From an uncultured archaeon (lineage in GTDB: Archaea > Asgardarchaeota > Lokiarchaeia > Sigyniarchaeales > Promethearchaeaceae): DNA of 13,638 nt. The stretch spans positions 1 through 13,638 of the forward strand of contig CAYRPF010000049.1 in assembly GCA_964426185.1 (NCBI GenBank). Direction: 5' to 3'. How positions within the stretch are numbered: the first letter of the stretch is position 1; the number at the start of each line of letters is the position of its first letter. Positions 1-7,400 of the stretch are shown here, one piece after another. The notes under the pieces are model-generated. The model did not search any database. It was not told where the DNA came from and saw only the letters and a program-made list of their open reading frames with translations. The translations under genes and the position numbers were made by a program.

Positions 1-2687
1 TCAACTTGAGTAATTTCTTCATCGTTTTTACTTAAGCGAATAATGTGGTGAGCGTATTCTTCAAATGTATCGTCGTGCGAAATCACAAAAATTTGCTCAA
101 ATCCATGTATATTCTGAATACTCTGCGCTAAGTTTCTTCGAGTTTCTTCATCTAAGTTAGTTGTGGGCTCATCGAAAAAGGCAAAATCAATTTGAGTTAA
201 TATTTTCAATATCGAAAGTCGAATGGCTAATGCTACAACCATTTGTTCACCACCTGACAATTGTGAAAATCTGCGCTGCGAAATTTTTTCGCTACGCAAA
301 ATTACATCATAATCTTCTTGCCATTCAATTATATAATTTGTATTATTTTTAATTTGACAGAATATGGCAGTAGCAGTTTGATTAATACTGGAAATTAAAG
401 CTTCAGTGATCTTAGGCCCAGCTTCTTTAAACCAAATTCGTAATTGTTCACAGAAATTCTCAATTTCTTCTAAATGATCAAGCTTTGCACTCAATTCTTT
501 CAATTTTTTCTCCTTTTCATACATTTTTGTTAATTTTGAGTTTATCTCAAGCATTTCTTGATTCAAGTGTTTTTTTTCTTCTTTCTTCTGAATAAGCATG
601 GTTTGTACGCGATCTAGCTTTTCTTTAAGTTCATCGTGTTTTCTTTGGTCAAAAGCCTTTGATTTTTCTAAAAAACTCTCATTTAACGATTTTAATTGAA
701 TTTGAGCTTCGGTTAGAAATTTTTGATTTTCTAAGAATTTTTTCCTATTTTCAGGGAGTGTTGCAGCTTGTTGTTGATATTTTTGATACTGCTCATAATG
801 TGGTCTTAAACTATCCATGGATTCTTGAATTTTTATCTGTATGTCTTCTAAATTATCCCCTTTTTTGACATCCTCAAGCAATTTATTTGTCGTTTTTGTT
901 ATTTGGATAATTTCTTGAGATACTTGATATGCTTGTGCTTGTTTTTGGACTAGTTCCTTCTCAACTTTTAGAGAAACAAAATTGTATCGCTCGGAATCTT
1001 GTTTTAATGGCTCCTGTTTGGTTAGAATATCTTTTAATTTAGATTGAAGCTGCACTTTTTGAGATGTTTTTTGTTCTAGTTCACCTTTTTCTTTTCGTTT
1101 TTGTTCCAGTTGCGAAAGTTGTTCTTTATACTTACTAATAAGGGTAACGATTTCTTCTTTTTCTTTTTGTAATTTAGGTTTATTTTTTAGCGTTTTTCTG
1201 TGAGATTCCAAGGTTTTGGTCAATTTTTCAATTGCTGCTAAATGATTATTGATTTTCTCTTGTAAGTAAGTAGGTAAGTCCTTGACAGGGTTATGATAAG
1301 GTTGATCACAAAGGGGACAAACTCCACTATTTGCTTGTTCAACAAACATTTTTAATTCCGATATTTGGTTTCGACGAATATGAATATTAATTCGGACTTT
1401 ATTTGATTCTTCTTCAATATCTTGGATTTGATCTAAAAGATTACTGATTTCTTCATATTTTTTCTGAGCATTTTGCCAAGCTATCGAAATTTTTTTATAT
1501 TGAGACAATTCTTGGTCAATTTTTTGAATTTGGCGTTCGAATTCGTTAATTCTGTCTAATTTAATTCTTATTTCTTCTGCATTCGTCGTTAAGGTACAAA
1601 AATGTTTATAAGATTGCTCTAAATTAGGTATTTCTTTTTTAAGAGCTTCAATTTCATTAATCTCATCAGTAATTTGATTATATTTGCTCTGCAAGGTTGC
1701 GAGTTTCCTTTCTTCGATTGCTAATTTATCTTTAATTTGAAACCATGCATGCAATTTTTGACCTATTTCTTTAAAATCTTTTTCTAATTGAATATATTTT
1801 ATGAATCCTTCTTGATTTTCTTTGCAAATCTTTTCCGCAGTCTGAGCTTCTTGCATTTTTTTTTGAAGTTCAGAATTCATATCTTGAAGTCCATTAATTT
1901 TTTCTTGCTTAATCTCTATTTCTTTTTGAGATTTTTTAATTTCTTCACTTAATTTTTCGAGTTTATCAAATTCTCCATGAATTTTACTCCATTCTGATGT
2001 AAGCTGTTTTAGATCTGAAGAAATTTTTACCACTTTTTGGGAATAAGTTTTCTTTTTTGCAAGTAATTCTGGCATTATGGATAATTCTCCTTCTAAACCG
2101 CTTTTTTGGTTTTTAGTAGATTGAATTTTTTCTTGAATCTCTCTTAGAGTGGGAAGAAAATTCTTGAATAGCTGAGAATATACGTCTACATTGAGCAAAG
2201 GTGCAAAAATCTCAGCCCGACCAGATGGAGCTCGTAGAAAAGGTTCTGTAAAAGTACCTTGTCGAACGCCAATTCCATTTTCAAAGATTGCTTTCAAATG
2301 CAAATCCTTGCGTATTCCAAGCATAGTATGAACCCATTCGTGGAAACTACTAAGCGAATTAATTTCCTTTAATTTTAAGCTTGTTTGAGTATGAGTTATT
2401 GAAAATTCATTCTTCTTTTTTCCGATTGTACGGTGAATTAAATATTCTTCTCCATCACGCGCCAAAATCCATAATTTAACTTCTCCAAAATTCTCTGATG
2501 CTCCAATTCTAACATATTGTTTCATATTTTTTCCAGGCAAGTAATCAAATAATACATAGCCTATCATTTGTAGGACAGTTGACTTTCCAGCGCCATTATC
2601 TCCCATTAATGAATTTATTCCTGGTTTGAAGGTAATTGTTGAATTTTTATGAGTGGTAATATTGATCAATTGAATTTTTTCAATCAT
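1..2687 (-). CDS. rad50: Rad50/SbcC SMC-family ATPase, 3' end truncated by the window edge (at least 895 codons)
   Basis: Manual translation from ATG 2687 gives MIEKIQLINITTHKNSTITFKPGINSLMGDNGAGKST. In one frame: Walker A at 2577-2603, Q-loop GVRQG ~2259, coiled coil, zinc hook CPLC at 1308-1319 (aa ~457, mid-protein), signature LSGGE at 246-260, Walker B/D-loop FAFFDEPTTNLD at 150-185, H-loop ISHD at 72-83. It starts 1 nt after the mre11 stop. I did not read every coiled-coil codon. All motifs share one frame, and the ORF track lists no stop-terminated ORF from this ATG, consistent with an ORF running off the edge. Confidence 0.95.
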   Translation of the reverse strand, partial: MIEKIQLINITTHKNSTITFKPGINSLMGDNGAGKSTVLQMIGYVLFDYLPGKNMKQYVRIGASENFGEVKLWILARDGEEYLIHRTIGKKKNEFSITHTQTSLKLKEINSLSSFHEWVHTMLGIRKDLHLKAIFENGIGVRQGTFTEPFLRAPSGRAEIFAPLLNVDVYSQLFKNFLPTLREIQEKIQSTKNQKSGLEGELSIMPELLAKKKTYSQKVVKISSDLKQLTSEWSKIHGEFDKLEKLSEEIKKSQKEIEIKQEKINGLQDMNSELQKKMQEAQTAEKICKENQEGFIKYIQLEKDFKEIGQKLHAWFQIKDKLAIEERKLATLQSKYNQITDEINEIEALKKEIPNLEQSYKHFCTLTTNAEEIRIKLDRINEFERQIQKIDQELSQYKKISIAWQNAQKKYEEISNLLDQIQDIEEESNKVRINIHIRRNQISELKMFVEQANSGVCPLCDQPYHNPVKDLPTYLQEKINNHLAAIEKLTKTLESHRKTLKNKPKLQKEKEEIVTLISKYKEQLSQLEQKRKEKGELEQKTSQKVQLQSKLKDILTKQEPLKQDSERYNFVSLKVEKELVQKQAQAYQVSQEIIQITKTTNKLLEDVKKGDNLEDIQIKIQESMDSLRPHYEQYQKYQQQAATLPENRKKFLENQKFLTEAQIQLKSLNESFLEKSKAFDQRKHDELKEKLDRVQTMLIQKKEEKKHLNQEMLEINSKLTKMYEKEKKLKELSAKLDHLEEIENFCEQLRIWFKEAGPKITEALISSINQTATAIFCQIKNNTNYIIEWQEDYDVILRSEKISQRRFSQLSGGEQMVVALAIRLSILKILTQIDFAFFDEPTTNLDEETRRNLAQSIQNIHGFEQIFVISHDDTFEEYAHHIIRLSKNDEEITQV

Positions 2688-2688
2688 A

Positions 2689-4341
2689 TTAAGCACCTCT
2701 CTTCTTTTTTATGAACGAATCAATATTTTCATCCATTTGTTCTTCGATATCTTCATCTAAATCATCTTCTCTATCTAAATCACCTTCTTCTGAAGTAAAC
2801 AAATGATCTATAAGAGAATTTTGTTTTTTTGATTTGGTTTTAGTTGCTTTTTTACTTTTTTTTCTGGGGTTGGATTTCTTTGAAGATAATTTTTGAGGTA
2901 CGAAATCCGCTAAAGTTTTCCGTTGTTTATCATCAATAATTGAATCTTTATTATTAGAAAAAGTCGATCTCCACCATAATTCTATAATTTGTAAGACAGA
3001 ATTTCCACCTTTTCTCGATAATAAAGATGGTTTTAAGTCTTTCATCAATTTTACTATTTGATCGGTGTAAATCTGGTAATCTGGATGCATATTTATCATT
3101 TGGGTTAAGATTTCCGTTTCAATATCATCGATAGTACGCTGTTCGGCATTGGAAATCGAAATATCATCTAACTCCGAGGTCAATCCTTGAATAAAAATGC
3201 GTACATCAAAAATTTTGAATGTTTTTAATAACTCTTCTCGTAATCGGCTGAAATTTACTTCTAATTTCGAAAACATAATACGTCCAAAAATTGAAACATA
3301 GATGAATGGTAAATTTAAATCCCGTAAATTTAATCCCTCACGATTACCACCTACTAATTCTTCAAAACCTTGCTTTTTCATTTGAATTATAACATAATCG
3401 ATTAAATCTTCAAAGTTAGCAAGGAGAACACCTTCAATATCCATTTTGACGTTGTAAAATGCTCGATTTGGTAAAGTAGAAGAGTCTTCATTTTTTCCGT
3501 TTTCAAATTCAATCAGTTCTATTTTTTGATTTATAGGGTCTTTCCCAGAAATTTCTACCAAAAACACCCCTCTTCGAAAAGGATTTCCATCATCTCCATA
3601 TAATTCTTTAGGTGCATTGATTTCAGTTGAACCTGGATTAAATATCCAAGGAGATTCTTCTGGAAGAGCATAACTTTTATGGTAGTGACCTAAAGCTAAG
3701 TAATCTATTTTTTCGTGCAAACTTTCCAGTGTTGGGGACATTTCTACACCTAATCGTCCTTTTACTTGCCCAGTAATTCCGAAATGCATCATCAGAATGT
3801 TATAGGTGGATTCATCTACAGTGAGTGAATTGTAAATTTTCGGGATCAGATCTTGAGTAATTGACCCATAATTCGGAATTCCATAAATCTTTGCATCGCC
3901 TATAGTTATTACATTTCCTTTTTTCGATTTTTTTGAATATGCCTTGAAGATCCCTGAATCTTGTGTTTCTTGAAAATTAACAGAAAGAAGAACAATTAAT
4001 TCTAAATCAGCAAGAAACTTCAACCAAGAACGTTTGGCAAAATAATTACGTTTATCGTGATTTCCTTCAATTACAATGATTGGAATAGTGCGTCCCAATT
4101 GTTCTTGCGCTTTTTGTTCAAAATTTTTAATGATAATATAAGATGCAGATAATGTTTCAGGATTGATTCTGTTTGAATTGAAAAAATCTCCGGAATGAAT
4201 AATGAAATCTACCTCTTCATCTAAGGCTTTTTCTAAAACTGCATTAAATGCCCGGTTAAAATCACGAAAACGTTCGAATAAATTGTATTGCACATTCCCG
4301 AGATGAGTATCAGCCATATGTATAAATTTGAAAGGATGCAT
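2689..4341 (-). CDS. mre11: Mre11/SbcD DNA double-strand-break repair nuclease (calcineurin-like metallophosphoesterase), 550 aa
   Basis: Phosphoesterase motifs ADTHLG, GDFF, GNHD, MMHFG, LGHYH and NPGS. It is directly upstream of rad50 and has a C-terminal ~90-aa low-complexity basic then acidic tail. Confidence 0.95.
   Translation of the reverse strand: MHPFKFIHMADTHLGNVQYNLFERFRDFNRAFNAVLEKALDEEVDFIIHSGDFFNSNRINPETLSASYIIIKNFEQKAQEQLGRTIPIIVIEGNHDKRNYFAKRSWLKFLADLELIVLLSVNFQETQDSGIFKAYSKKSKKGNVITIGDAKIYGIPNYGSITQDLIPKIYNSLTVDESTYNILMMHFGITGQVKGRLGVEMSPTLESLHEKIDYLALGHYHKSYALPEESPWIFNPGSTEINAPKELYGDDGNPFRRGVFLVEISGKDPINQKIELIEFENGKNEDSSTLPNRAFYNVKMDIEGVLLANFEDLIDYVIIQMKKQGFEELVGGNREGLNLRDLNLPFIYVSIFGRIMFSKLEVNFSRLREELLKTFKIFDVRIFIQGLTSELDDISISNAEQRTIDDIETEILTQMINMHPDYQIYTDQIVKLMKDLKPSLLSRKGGNSVLQIIELWWRSTFSNNKDSIIDDKQRKTLADFVPQKLSSKKSNPRKKSKKATKTKSKKQNSLIDHLFTSEEGDLDREDDLDEDIEEQMDENIDSFIKKKRGA
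2694..2699 (-). promoter_or_regulatory. Shine-Dalgarno GAGGTG for rad50, embedded in the last codons of mre11
   Basis: Minus strand reads AGAGAGGTGCTTAATATG. GAGGTG lies 6 nt before the ATG, and the TAA-T-ATG junction suggests translational coupling. Confidence 0.7.
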
Positions 4342-4347
4342 AGGAAA

Positions 4348-4352
4348 ACCTC
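4348..4352 (-). promoter_or_regulatory. Shine-Dalgarno GAGGT for mre11
   Basis: Minus strand TTTCGAGGTTTTCCTATG; GAGGT lies 6 nt before ATG 4341. Confidence 0.6.
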
Positions 4353-4425
4353 GAAATAATTAATAATGTTTGTTTCAGTATGCTTTTATCATTTGTGTTA
4401 TTAGCATTTTCATGTTTTAATCTAA

Positions 4426-7400
4426 TTAAAGAAGATCTTCATCTTCATCTTCTAATTTAATTGAAATTTTCTTTTCTTCCAATTTTCTACTGGTTTTTTG
4501 ATTTGAAATCTTCTGTTTTAAAGAAGATTGTGGCTTAGGGGTTTGAGAGTTTGAATTTTCTTCTTTTTGGTGAACTACTGGAAGCAAATAGGAGATAGAT
4601 TTAGGAATTGGAATTGTAGCATAATCTTTCTCTGGATCTTTTATCGTAATTTTTCCCCTTATCACCTTTTTGTCAGATCTTAGGGTAAATGTTCTTTGAT
4701 CTTTGGGTAAATTTTGAATAATTGAGAGAAAATCGGGATTGTTTGTGGCAGTAAATTCAAAGCTAGCTTGATTAATCAAATTTCCTTCATAATTGAATGA
4801 AGAGAATAATTTTTTCGGATTCTGAAGGCTTCTATCATGCCATCGAAAATAGATATATTCTGATTGACCAAGATAGTTATTTAGAAATAATGGTTCTTCT
4901 TGGTTGCAAAATTCAACCGCATATTTGTAAGATTGTGCAGCATAATTAATCAAGGTTTTATCATGGGGGATATATTCTAAGAAATTTCTGCTACAGATGT
5001 AAATTAGTTTTCGTTTTGCCCGCGAAGTTAACACATTGAATCGGTTTAAATCATAGATAAATTCTTCCTCCTTTTTGAGATGATCTTTATCTGAAATACC
5101 TATAGATGCAATAATTAATTCCCTATCTGAACCTTGAAACTTTTCTACCGAATATATAGTTGCTTGGAGACATTCCATTAGTTCTTCATCATCTAATAGA
5201 GTCAATCGGTGAGAATTATTAGTCATTTTTGTGAAAATCTGACGAAGGATGAGTCGCCCTTGAGCATTATGAGGTGACACAACACCAACAGATTGCAACC
5301 AGAAAGCTTTTTCTGCGATTTTTGTAGATAATTTTTGAGAAATCCAATAATAGAGAACAATTTGGCTAATAACATGCGCTTCTATCTGGCTGATTGCAAT
5401 TTCAAATTGGTGCTCATGAATAAGCGCGCAAACAACTCTATCTGGCTGGAATATCTCACGGATCCATGATGGTGTAGAAGAAGGAAAAATTCCATTAATG
5501 GTATAATTGCGCCCCTTAAAAAAAGCCTTTAAATTTTGATATAATGCCAATTGGCGCGTAAATTCTACAATATCAGGATGAGAACGATAATTAATTTGTA
5601 ATTGACTTTGCTGAATCCCATGATTACGAACATAATAAGAATAAAGGCTACCTAATATTGGTTCTACATTTTTGGGAGGTTCTACTGGTTGAACTGGTGG
5701 CAATTGAAAATAATCTCCCACGATCACAACTTGTGAGAGATAATCAGGGTCAATAGTTTCAAGCACTTCATTTTTTGAAGTGATCTCCCACTGAGAGGTT
5801 AACATGGAAGTAGAAGATTGAACTTGTGAAAGTTTTATTGATTGAGAGTGAATAAATTGCAAAGAAGCCAAAAAATGATCTGTTGGAACTTGACTCGCTT
5901 CATCTACAATGATTAAATCAAAATTTAGAACATTCATTGTGATACTGGGAAGATGATACAATTGATGAGCATTTCCGAAAAGAATAAACTGATCTTTTAA
6001 CACATTTTGCAGCTGCTTTTTCTTTGTAATTATCCTTTTAAGACCATTCCATTGCCAACTTCCTGAAGATTTATGCAAAAGATCATCAATGTGTGGAAGA
6101 TTGGGCTCATCATCAATGGGATCTACTGACTCTGAATGAAGGAAAATTAATTGTATGGAAGAAACATTTGTCCGATTTCCGAATTGATCCCGACTGTTTC
6201 GAATCTTATCAATTAAAACTCGAAGTGCTGCATAGGAAAAGGCGGTAATTAGAATATTAATCGGAGCGTTACTACCTCTTTTTTGCTTTATTCGGCAAAT
6301 ATATTCATCGAGAAGTGTGGTTATTGTTTGAGACTTTCCTGTTCCAGGAGGACCTTGAATAGCATAAATAAATGAATTTAATGCTTTAGAAATGGCATCT
6401 TTTTGGCTTGGGTCTGGTGCAGGATATGCTTTAGTAATTAGCTGGTAAGAGCTACTGTTTTGAATGGAAACAAATGACTTGGGTTTTTGGGGCAAATTAG
6501 AAAGAATTTCGGGATAATATAAGAATATTTCTGGCATTTCAACTTGTTGTGTTTTAGGCAATGAAGTTAATTGAATAGTATTGATTTTCCATTTATTTAC
6601 AAGATTAAAACCTAAAATACTGTCTCCAAAATGATTGTTTTGTAACAATCCACTCCCCCTTGCATTATAGAGCTTGTTACTCCAAGCATCTAAGGATAAT
6701 GGATATAAATACCAATTAGTTATTTTTTTAGGATTTGGGACGGTTTGCTGATATAAAGTAACTAAATCATTTCTATGAGGTGCAGTTTTTATCTGAAATC
6801 CGTTAATTTTTGATTTCCAAACCATCCGTTCGATCTCAACCATCCATGAATAAGTCCATTTACCAATTTTTCTATCACGTAGTTCATTAGGGATCAATAA
6901 CACACGATCTTTTTCTTTAATTTTCATATTGCTGGAAAGATTACGAATCTCGAACAGATAATATGAATTTCCCTTCCCTAAATTGGGAATATACTGTAGA
7001 TTTTGAACTTCAGCAGCATTTAATTTACTAATACTGAAGTTTGGATACATTGTCCTTATTTCATCAACTTCTAATTCTTGAATGGCTCCAGTTAATTTTG
7101 CAAAAAAATACCATAAATGGGCAATTTTATGGAAGGTGGGAGGGAGGGAAATTTCATTAAATAAATCTAAACTGACAGGGTTTGATTCCCAAGGAATAAT
7201 ATCTGTGCTTTCTACTTGGAATTTTTTACGAAGAAGGTTGATATATTTTGCTTTCCGAGCCAATTGTTTTAATATTTCATCTTTTAATACTTGTTTCTCC
7301 GCAAGTTCTTTAGCTTCCAAATACTCATACCAGACTTGATAGTCCATATAATTGAAGTGTTGTAGCCAGAATTTTTTCTTGAAATTAGTATTAAAAATTG

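Noticed and set aside
161-868. Plus-strand ORFs 161..352 and 659..868
   Set aside because: They are antisense shadows of rad50, which carries conserved motifs on the minus strand.
1-4341. Wadjet or Lamassu SMC-based defence system
   Set aside because: The ATPase is paired with a canonical Mre11/SbcD, and no JetA/B/D or LmuA/C-like genes are visible in the window.
4342-4425. C/D-box sRNA in the helicase-mre11 spacer (ATGATA...CTGA on the minus strand)
   Set aside because: The C box does not match RUGAUGA, and the spacing is too short for a guide RNA.
5730-5860. Possible intein in the helicase (insertion between motifs II and III)
   Set aside because: It is only ~35-40 aa and Ser/Gln-rich, with no C/S...HN splice motifs; more likely a loop insertion.
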